Below, one piece after another: positions 44,201 through 56,200 of a DNA stretch of 64,000 bases. This DNA is from Antedon mediterranea (Eukaryota > Animalia > Echinodermata). How positions within the stretch are numbered: the first letter of the stretch is position 1; each line of letters starts with the position of its first letter. The notes under the pieces are model-generated. The model ran no database searches. It was given only the letters and a program-made list of their open reading frames with translations, and had not been told where the DNA came from. The position numbers were made by a program, and so were the translations under genes. The stretch covers positions 18,423,045 to 18,487,044 of the forward strand of contig NC_092680.1 in assembly GCF_964355755.1 (NCBI RefSeq). The letters are read 5' to 3'.

Positions 44201-47200
44201 AAAATTCCTATAAAATGATAATAATGAACGTGAAGGTCATTATTATGGATGAAAGCATTAGGCTTAGTGACACCATAGACACATCGACGACTTGCTGAAT
44301 GTGTGATGTGTCTACATACTTACAACAAATCATTCAATAAAAGCCTCATTATTCAAAGTAATGCATTTTAAAGAGTAAATAGCAGCAGTTGCCTTCAGTA
44401 CCACACAAAATGTCTATTTCAAAATAGCAATTTTGAAGCCCTATTACCAGTGACGTGTATCGAAAGAGAGATGGGATGTTCCGAAGTTGCCCTTACCTCA
44501 CCCCGCCCCCTCCCTCTTTCTAAATTTCAAGCAAAGCGGACGCACTGATTTAAACACAAAGATGTTGTTAGATTGAGACATGTACACAATAGGCTATACA
44601 TATTGATAACTTCGATGCTATCTACAGAAAAGTCGCTTCTGAATTAAACGGGAAGGAATGCATGACAATTAATGTGTTTATTAATTTACAGGTTGATAAT
44701 CGGAGCTCCTAAAGCCGAGACCAGCCAACCAGAGATAACGGAAGGAGGATACGTGTATAAGTGTAGTCCATCCCAGTCCAATAATTGTACAAAACTTATA
44801 TTCGACAAGGACAATAACGGTACGTTTAAAACACAAGCTTGTTATAAACCTTTGTTGTGTTCTGAAATGTGTAGGCCCTAATGTTTCGATTTTACTTTCA
44901 AAGGAAATGAACAAGGAAATACTTATAGACAACATCCACGTTCGGACTCTGATCAATATCAATTCGATGATAAATCATATCAAATGTTTGGAGCCACAAT
45001 AAAGAGTTCAAGGGATAAAGGAGGTCCCGTGTTGGTAAGATCATAGCTGTTATAGTGTGTAGTGACATCGAGACATGTTGAAACGTTAATTAAATTATCT
45101 GTGTATGCACCATCACACACCGTATACAAAAAAATAAAAATAAAAGAGAGCCAGTAGAACAGTAGCCTTCAACAATAAAGTTTGCTCCGAAATGGAAGAA
45201 GAAAACTAAAATTCTTTAAAACTTAATTATTGAGAATTTTCCAGGCGTTTGATAAGTCTAGCATTATAGTCCTACTACAAAAGTTTGTAAAGATACTTTT
45301 CAAATGTGTATTTTCAATACTTACCTCTTAGGCGTGTGCGCCAAGATACGTTTGGTATGACCTTCAACCCACAAACCAGTATATAATAGGAAAATGTTTT
45401 GCTGCTTTAGATGATCTGGAAACGGTGAAGTCATACACTCCCTTATATTCGACAGACGGTAAGACAGTAAAGCTCTCATAGGCGAACATCATCGCTGAAT
45501 AATGGAAGAGACTCTTGATTGGGGGAAACCACATTCAGTGGCGTAAAACGGCTACAGACAGGGCCCATTTACACTAGGACGATAACGATCGATGATAAAT
45601 GGAAAAATGTGCATTTTTCATACATAAAACAAAAGAAATATAAACACTTTTCATTCTAGAACTATAGAATAACCATCTAGGCCTATGCTTCCTTTGATGA
45701 AAATGATATTTTCACACGTCCAATAAATTACGTCATGATTAGTAAGAGCAATAATATCGTGACAATACATCGATTTTATTGTTCATAACGTCATTTAATT
45801 GGAATTTTAAAAATATTATTTTTATCAAAGACAGCATAAATGCTATAGTTATAGAACGAAAACCTTTCTAATTCCTTTTGTTTTATGTTTTAAAAATGCA
45901 TGCTTATATATTTATCGTCGATCGTACACGTTATAAGCGGAAAAGCTTTCACTTACGAAACACCCTGGGTTCCGAAAGTGTTCACTTATGAGACACCATT
46001 GGGCTGTGAGACACCATGAGTTAGTTTGAACCAAGTGTTCATTTGCAAGATTGGGTTTTTCGGGAAAAGTGTCTTTGAAAAAACCTCTGGGTTCGGTACA
46101 AAATCTGAGAGATGCATACAGTACTAACTTTTGGGTTGAATTTACTTTTCTTTTTAAAATGTGTAATGTTCTTTAATAATAGTTAATAAGAAAAAAAATA
46201 CTGGATACATCTATGGCCTAGCAGGTATGAGTGCTGCAATACCAACTGAGGTAAGCTATTGGTTTTGGTTAAAGTATTAGCTCCTACCACGCTTATTATG
46301 TTTATTTCTCATGGGTGGATACCGAAGTAATATCAACTTCAACTTCCGATCGTTTTTGGAAAATTACCGAATGCATTTGAAGATGAAAAGTGATCCATTA
46401 TAGGCTTATATGTTAAATGTTAATGGAAGATTGAAAACCCCAAAACCGTCGATATAAATAATAATGGAAATACTCTAGGGCCTAATCCAAAAAATCCATC
46501 CTATTGAGTATTCTATATTCGCGCCTATTGTTTCGTGCCTATTATATTGGAAAACGATGATTACGTCCCTCAAAATCTTTTTGTTTACTGGAACCATGTT
46601 TCATTCTTTCTGTAGAGTGGCAGAGATGATTTTATACTTGGCGCACCAGGAACAGGACACTTTAAAGGTAAGAATTATTTATTATGATGAAGTAACGGTA
46701 GAGATAGCTGGAGGAAGAAACCGATTAGCTTTGGTAACATTTAGCGACCGAAAGAGGGCGCACTTTTTGATATTTCAGCCCATAATGAAGATACAGAAAC
46801 TCGAGATTTTATTTATTTTACTAAAACAGTACACTATTATAGATTGTCATGTTAACTTCGTACGTACTTACAAAGCAAAAGGTATTGGTAGGCCTTTGAA
46901 GGAGGAGCAAGGATTAGAAACAGCAAAAGTACAAGTACTGATACCTCGTGGTACTGCACCAACAGGATGGGTAATTTGTTAGGCGAAGTAATGTAATTTG
47001 TCAGATGTGATTCTAACCCTAGCTCAGTCAAGGTCCAGAGGTGGTAGACTAATCATCTGGAGGTCGTGGGTTTGATTTAGGCCTAGGCCCTAGCCTACTT
47101 TACATTTTTTCGCAAGTGTTCTCAATATGTACTCAGACCTCCCAACTTGAAAAAATGGGAGGATTTACGAAAGTGTACCCAAATATAGAGGGCGCTATAA

Positions 47201-50200
47201 TATTTTTTTAAAATCCATCAAACAATTGAGGGCGCTATTGATAATTTAAAGGTACAGTTATTTAACAGTATAATTGTATATAAGGTGGTGGAAACTAATT
47301 ATTAAACATACATTAATTTGTTAAACAAACATCTTGCTGACCAGGCCTATATATATAGTGCCTAATATTGTAAAACCTCTAAGCGCAAAACATTATTACC
47401 CCCAGTCATTTTTTGGATCAAACACGTATGGAAACATACTCTCAAAATGCATCTAGTAAATCTGCGCAAAGTTGTCCCCTTCTTACTCTGTCCAAACTTC
47501 CTTCAACTCCTTGTTCTAAATTCCTCATCTCTGCCCTCCATCGCCCTATGTCTCTTTCAAAGTCAGGTCAACACATGGTTAAAATGTAATAATAGACACA
47601 TCCTATATCATCTAATGTATATTTATTTCAGGCACCGGAATCAAGCTCAATTTTGCAACAGATGATGCGACTTACACACTGTTGGATGATTTAGACAATC
47701 TTCAATACAGCTATCAAGGTATTGTAACAAAGACAGAGTGATGATTCTTGACCAGTTCATTCTGGTGTTAAGAATGCATATGCCTCACAGTACATGTATA
47801 TTTGACATCAATGTTTGCTGAGGAAAAATGAGGGGCTTGTCTGAGCCATAAAAAATCCCCCACCAATCCTACAGGCCTGATGATGTAACCAATAACAATA
47901 TTATGCTTATTTTATTTTAGGCTATTCTATGGACTACATACGCATGGATGACATAGTCCGATATGTCATCGGAGCACCCCGAGCTAAAAATTTGTATGGA
48001 GCGGTACGTTTACATCTCTCTGAGAAACATCCATTTGTTTTAACACCTACTTCTCAATGTACTGGAACAAATTTATCATAAATATAATTCATATATTCAA
48101 TTCAATTTCTGCAAATGCCATCAAGGGCTAATATCTGCTTAAACATACTACATCATACAAACATAATATACATATTTACATTTAAAACTGTTGTTATCAT
48201 TACTATAGCTATTATTATCATTATTATAGTTTGAAAAAAAATAATATCATTTTATTCAATTTATTCAGTTTATATATGTACCTTTTTTTATTATATTTAT
48301 TCCGTTTATGAGATTTAATCATTTTAAATGTTGTTAAACAGGTTTATGTGTTTCCAAATTACATACGTCAATCCCCATTGCTTGAATATGAGGGAGATCA
48401 GTTTGGCGCATACTTTGGACAGAGTCTGGCAGTAGTTGACATTAATGGTGATGGGTAAGTACAGTAGTAGAGCGGTAGCTTGGTGGCTTGCTTTCCAATC
48501 CCAAGGTCCAGGGTTCAATCCTGACCTTTAGTAGTGCCAGAGTTGTAACTCACGACTCTTTCAACTCCACTCCCTAAGCCTCAAATGAGACTTAGCATGA
48601 CCAATTATAAAATAGTTTATCCATTCTGTAATTGGCGAGTTACTTGCTGTTGAATGCGTATGAAATGTTCTTTATATCTTTATCTACAAATGGATTGAAC
48701 AATATATCTGTTCACATTACTCTATAAAAGTCACATACTGTAACAGTACATTTTGTGTTTTCTTACCATTTCAATTTCCACTCAAGCTTCTCCATTTTGT
48801 AAAGTACTGTATTCATGTGACAATAGTAGCAGTTATGATGTCGTTTGCTTCACACTATAACAAGTTGTATTTTTTTTGCTTTTAGGCTTGATGATTTTAT
48901 TGTTGGTGCACCATTTTATGCCAATGATAAGATATGGGAATGTGGCAGAATTTACATTTATTTGCAGGAGCGAGGGGTAAGTTTAGATATCTCTTCGGTC
49001 AGTATATGTCCACACGTTAACACACAACAAATTACAGTGATCCTTGATAAAACAAGAAATATTTCTTACAAAAAATGCTGCTCGCTTATTGACGTAACAG
49101 TTTTAAATTATATATTATATATTTTTTATTTCAAATTTGTTTTTGAATGTGTCATTTTATTGTCACATAATAGTTTTTTTTTTTTTTGGGTTATAATTAA
49201 ACGTTTCTTTTCGCTTTTTATACGTGAATAAATTTTATTTAAGTACATATGAAACAGAATAAATTTCTGTCACATTTATGTTATTGCTAAGGTCAAGTCT
49301 GGGGGTCACTTCATCAAGCATAGATACTACAAGTGTGAAGTATTTCTATTACAACAAAAATTGTAATGGACTGTTTTGATAATAATTCAATGATTATCTG
49401 ACAGCAAATTACAGTATTATATATATCGATTTAGATTGACAGTCAAATGGGACTCATTGTAAATACCAGAAATGCTTTGAGATTTGTAATTTTAGCATGA
49501 CGTGTCCTATTTAACAAAAAAACAAAAACGTTGGTCTCTAGTACTATAACTGCTGCTTGCTTTCAGCTTCTGAATGAGTAGTCCTCTTGGGATGTACCTG
49601 GCTAAAGCAGCAGTGTGAAAAATGTATCATTATCAGTATAGTTGGAACAAGAGTAGTTAAATCTGTTCAGGCCTATTGCTTGCTCCTGGCCTTAATGATA
49701 ACATGCTAAATAAATATTATTATAGACTATAATATAAATAGCAATAAAAAGTAAGTTAAGTTGTACATTATTTTTTTGCAATTGCATTTTATACATTATT
49801 AAGTATACTGTTTTACCAAACATTTAGAATGACTTTAGAAAACCAGTGAAGATTACCGGTCAGAGTGTACATTCTCGTTTTGGATACGCGCTTGCTGCTC
49901 TTGATGACATAAACGCTGATGGTTATAAAGGTATCTGCATGAATATCAATTTTCAGAATGTGTATTTGAGACATTTTAAACAAGAACTATTTCTTACACA
50001 AAAACGTGGCTCGACTTTTGGGCATTACATTTTTCATTATTGTTCTTTCTTCAGAAATAATGATTTAGGTTATGAATCCAGTAAACTCTCTCTTGTGCTG
50101 GCCTAATATGTCTTGTTTTCCAGACATTCTGATATTCACAATGTGTCTTCAATGGTTAAAAAGAAATGACCTTTTGGACCTCAAGAAAATTCTGGTATTG

Positions 50201-53200
50201 GGAGAGTCGACTGTACTATGTTATTATTATGAGATATTATTTCAGCTGTGTTGTTCAAATCATACCATTGATTGAAAGAACATGAAAAGTGTCCCTGTGT
50301 TAAGCTCTGTTTACATTAAAACTTTATGTGACAAAATACAAACAAATCTGATATGCCAATATATGGTAGAGATATGTCCAAATATGGTAGTGATATGTCC
50401 ATATATGGTAGAGATATGTCCATATATGGTAGAGATATGTCCATATATGGTAGGGATATGTCCATATATGGTAGTGATATGTCCATATATGGTAGAGATA
50501 TGTCCAAATATGGTAGTGATATGTCCATATATGGGCACATTACATCTTTTTGTCACAGTTTGATAGTGTAGACAGAGCTTTAGGGAGGCAAACAAATCAA
50601 AATCTAGCTCTTAAATAAAATTAATTTTAGGAAATACACCATTTAATTTGAAAAGTAGGAATATCATGAATTCTTGACCTAGCCATAATTTAATTTATCT
50701 AGGCCTTCATAAATGTTAGATTTAATGTAAATACCTATATATTTAGATTTTGCGGTAGGCGCTCCTTATGGTGGTGATGATGGTTCTGGTGTTGTTTACA
50801 TATACCAAGGCAGTGTACAAGATATTAAGATGATTGAACCATCACAGGTTAGTTGTAGTTGAAGTGCAACTTATTCATGCAAAGCATATGCTATCAGAGC
50901 TCTGAGCTATGTGACAAAAAAAATGTGATGTTCCTATATATGGATATGATGATGTCATATCACTACCATATTTGGGCATATCACTACCATATTTGTTCAC
51001 ATCACACTTTTTGTCAAACTAGTTTGATAGTGTAGACAAAGCTTTACACCAGAAGGTTGAACATAATATAAATGGTGTTTTATTTAAAAGGTATGTGGAA
51101 CCTCACAGTTAACACAACAAAACAAAAATTATTATTTTCTCTAGAGGTAAAGTTAGAAATAAACCCACGCTTATGTTTGGTGATGAACAAATTGAGATTG
51201 TAGATGATTACATTTATTTAGGGACAACCTTTAATTTTAATAGCAAATTTAATAAAGCTATTGACAAGCAAGTAACACAAGCCAAAAGAGCAATGTATAG
51301 TATGTTAACAAAAGCAAAACAATTAAATCTTTTGTTAGACATTGTGTGTGAACTGTTTGACCAGCTCGTTTTGCTTGGTGGTTATGATGCTTGACTACCA
51401 ATCCAAGGTTCTGGGTTCAAGTCCTGTCAGGAATTTTTGTAATGACAAAATTACAACTCCACTCCCAAAGACATGTAATAAGACTTTGTTAATGTTTATG
51501 TAAGAGCATCTTGTGTATATGTTTATCTTTTGAACGGGCTTGCCACCTTTAAGAAGGACAGTGAATGAATTCGCTTATGGTTATCCTTGGCAATTTCATA
51601 CAAATTAAACTGAAAAACTTTTTTTTTTGGTCTGTAGGTTATTACTCCAAATGATCTGGATCAAAATATGACATCATTTGGTGCTGCATTGTCTGGAGGA
51701 ATTGATGTTGATGACAATGGTTATCCTGGTAATTATCATTATTGTTAAAATCATAGTTATACATGCATCTAAAACAAACAGTCACGTGATGGCATTTCGA
51801 CCAATCAGTTCTAGTATTTACATAAGCTATGTAATATAATTGATTATTTTAGAGTTCTAGGATGACAATTTTTCTAGTGTAATTCTATCTATTTATCTAA
51901 ATTCGTTATTATCCAAGTATAACCATTATGTGTTTATCTTTCACGTTTTATTATTATTTTAGTTTTTTTATTTTTATTTATATTACTTATTATTTTATTA
52001 TTTTTTATGTAATATCCTTATTATTTTAACTAAAAACACCTCCTTTCTCATTCTTTCTCTATCAATCAATCTTTCAGAAACACAATTTTATATATTTACT
52101 TTAGATTGAATATTTATTTTATTATTGTCGAAATTGTATACATATATATGTATATATATATTTATTTATAGATGTAGTTGTTGGTGCATATCAATCAGAC
52201 ACAGCTGTTTTACTTCGGTAAGATGATTAAAGTCAGATTTTGTTTACATGATATAATTACTTCAAATAAATAGACAACCTGTTTACATATTAATAAAAAA
52301 TTATTTTAAAATAGGTTAATGATTGAAATGACCTAACGTGACCCCAGAAGTTGCCATGGCAAGGGGTTTCCTCCCTCAAAATTGTAACAATCTGCTCCTC
52401 TTAAACCAAAGATAAATCCAAATTAACAAGCCATAAAAAAAGGATATAACAGAAATTAACAAGATAATATTTTCACTTTCAGTTCTAGACCAGTAATTAA
52501 AATGACATCATCAGTAGAATCGGAACCAACTGGAGTCGATTTAGACATAAAAGATCTTCAACTTGAAGGAGGAACTGGGGTAACAAGGTAAAGTTATGTT
52601 TTTGTAACATTATCTTTGTTACTACGGTAACAAAGAAAGTTGTGTTGTTTAGATAAACCATAGTAACAATATATAAACCTTTTTGTTTTTATAAAACGTT
52701 TGAGTTAAGCCTTCATACTCATAATTAAATGAAATGTGCTTATTTAAATGTTTCTTTAAAAAATAAGTATGCTTGTATAATAAATCACATTTCAAATAAT
52801 CCACAATGTAACATTTTATCGTCACTTTTCTTCTTGTGTTTATAGTTTCAAGGTTAAAGGATGTCTGAGATACACAGGTATAGGCTTACTAGATACACAA
52901 GGTAAAAATCAACTTTAACTTCTTAAAAACTGTGTAACAGCTATGAGCGCTCATTGGCTAAATTCAGGTGGCCCCAGAGAAAACAACAGGCTTTAAAATA
53001 TGGTCCAAATGAAGTGGGCCCTTTCTATGCTCCGAATCAGTCTCAACTTTGAATGAATTGGAGAATCGTCCCATGTTTTATCCTACTCACTATTCACAGT
53101 GGAACATCTGCTCCATTGGTGTTGATATTAGTGGAGTTGATTTGTCAGTTTGTATATATTAGTGGTAGTGGAGTTGATTTGTCAATTTGTATTAGTGGAG

Positions 53201-56200
53201 TTGATTGGTCAATTTGTATATATTAGGGGAATTAACTGGTCAATTTGTATTCATTATTCATAAATTATCTCTTCAGAATTTACAGTAACAATGACACTTG
53301 ATCCTAACCAGCCAGGCGAGTCAAGAACTGTTTTTATGGAAAACGAACTTTCTGAAATTCAAACTTCTGTTACCTTAAATCATGGGGCAGATTATGATTG
53401 TATTGAAGAGACAGCCTATATACAGGTAGGAAAAAGTGACAAATTTGGGCTACAGCTATGGTTTGTGGAACATCAGTTTATCTGAGTCTTCTCGAATAAG
53501 GACTATAAACCATAGGTCCAGTGTACACATCTAGCTCATGTGCACTTTAAAGAACCTAGTACATCAATCGAGACGAGTAGTGGGTGGGGTTACACCGGTG
53601 TACTAGCCACTGATCATAACTGGGCTTTCTGGGAGATCAGTATTTAACTGAAGAGGTTACCCAGTATAAACAAATAAACAAAAAATATAGTAAGTCCTGT
53701 TACTCTGCTTAAATGTTCATATGGGTGTAAATTTCTTCCTGCTCCACGTGTCTCTGGAAATATTAATTTATTTACATATTTATTTCTTTTTATAGACACA
53801 TATTGCAGATAAGCTAACCCCTATTGGAATCAGTATGACTTTTTCCCCAAATAATAAGCAAATCGGCAGTTCTCTTCGTCCTATAATTGATCAAAATGCA
53901 GAATTGCCCAGTTCACAGGTAAATATGTGCTAAGATAGATTGTACTATAATAAACCGTAGGTACACATTTTGCCATGTGCACTTTAAAAAACCCAGTTTA
54001 TCATTCAAGATGAGTTGTCATGACCCAAAACAATTGATATTCTTATTTTTGTTTACGATGTGTATGTTTTTTATATGTGTAATATGTTTTGATATTATAT
54101 GTAGTGTACAGAAAGCAAATTTGTGATATTTTATATATATTTTATAGACAAATAAATGCACATTCATATATAGAAATTAATTAAAATAATTATAATTGAG
54201 TTGCTGTATATATAACCCCTCATATCAATAATAAACACCATTCCATCCCACTATGTATATTTTTGAGTTTAATCTTTTTTATAACTTAGGTGTACTTCTT
54301 GAACAGTTGTGAAAACAATGTATGTATTCCAGATCTGTCTATAATAGCTGTATCGTAAGTGTCAACAAATAAAAGTTTAATACCCTAGTACTTAGTAGGC
54401 TATATACCGATAAAGTATGCATTGGCATATTAGTTCTGCATACCTAGTGTAAAATGGTATAGATATCGTAAATGCATTAAATTAAATCCCTATGACTGTG
54501 ATTTCTTTGGAACAACCAAAATGTCCCCAGAATAGCGATTGTCTGTAGCTTTAAAATAGTATGTATCCCATTAATAGAGGTGACTTCTGAATAGCAATTG
54601 TCTAGTTTTAAAACATACATTATGTATCCCATTAATAGAGGTGAATTCTGAATAGCAATTGTCTAGTTTTAAAACATACATTATGTATCCCATTAAATTG
54701 AAGTGACTTCTGAATAACGATTGTCTGTAGTTTTAAAACATACATTATGTATCCTATTAAATTGAAGTGACTTCTGAATAGCGATTGTCTGTAGTTTTAA
54801 AACATGCAGTGTGTATCCCATTAAATTGAGGTGACTCCTGAATAATGTTTAATTTACTATAGCGCAAAAAATGAATAGGGGTTGTCTGTAGTTTTAAAAC
54901 ATACAGTATGTATCCCATTAATAGAGGTGTTCCCAGAATAGCAGTTGTCTAGTTTTGAAACATATGTATGTGTCCCAACGAAGTGTTTCTACTGACAGTA
55001 TCACAAAGGTCGTCTGATCATGTTTAGGCTTGATTAATAAATTATTTTTATATAATGTACAGTATATAATTTTTATACCAATAAAAGTGATTATTCTTAA
55101 AACCCTTGTAGGCAATTGGACACAGTGACAATTGGTGACAAAGAGGGGCTTGCAATCAACATAACTGTGGAGAACAAAGGTGAAAAAGCGTTCAAATCCG
55201 TTCTCAAATCTGACTTACCTTCAGGTTTCGGATTGATAAACGTACGCCAATCAAAAATCACGGTACGTAGTATCCATAGTATATAACCTGGTATGGGGTA
55301 CATTTTAAGTAGGGACAAGCTCATAACAGTATGAATGAGACCATTAATTATCCCTAGAGCACAACATTTTGTGAATATAGTGGAAAGCCTGTATATTGTT
55401 TTTGGTGAGAATCCAAAGATTGAAAAAAATGGGCTATGATTTACAGCAATAAGCACAACAAGAAATGAAAGCACTCAGAAACTGAGTGAAGTACTTGGCA
55501 AAATTTAGCCACAGAGGGCCACATGTTGATATTTCAGCCCATGTTAAAAAAATACAAATTTTTCTTTTTTTTTATTTGTGAAGTCATTAATAAACAGATT
55601 TTCTTGAATTTCAATAGTTCAAGTTCAAAAGTTATGTAAGTATATACTTATTTACACCGACAAATTCAAAACTATAACTTCAAAATTGTAGGTTTACATA
55701 AAAACAAAGCAAGTACTATATACTTGGCAAAATTAGTAATAAGTAAAAAGCATTTAAAACAGATAAACCAAAGCAGTGATAGTATTAGTTGCTAGAGGAT
55801 GGCAAAATTTCGCCCCCAATATATATATATATATATAATCCAATCTGCAGACAGTACTGTTTCGATCTTATTAGATCTCGTCATTGGAGCTCAGGTTTCG
55901 AAATGAAATCTACCGCAGAACTGGCACAATCTATAGGCTGACCCAGTTATGCGGGACATGGTACACCGATTATGAACACAAAGAGTGCACAAGCTCAACA
56001 AGCGTGCTCTGCAAAATATGTATATAAATATATATAAATGGAGCGACAAAACTCGCAAAGACAAAGAAAACCACTGGGAATTACTACTTAAAACTACAAA
56101 ACCTTTTGTAATTAACTTTAGGAACATACTCCCAGATCGGTAAAATTATTCCATTGACTACCTAAATTTAAATTTCAATATTAACCACCATTTAAGCTGT

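Noticed and set aside
46557-46982. 141-aa ORF
   Set aside because: Overlaps integrin exon 46616-46667 in a different frame and continues into the intron; no recognisable motifs.
50282-50595. Repetitive ORFs on both strands (MVEICPY, YGHISTI, MDISLPY repeats)
   Set aside because: Translation artifacts of the 21-bp expansion inside a MITE.
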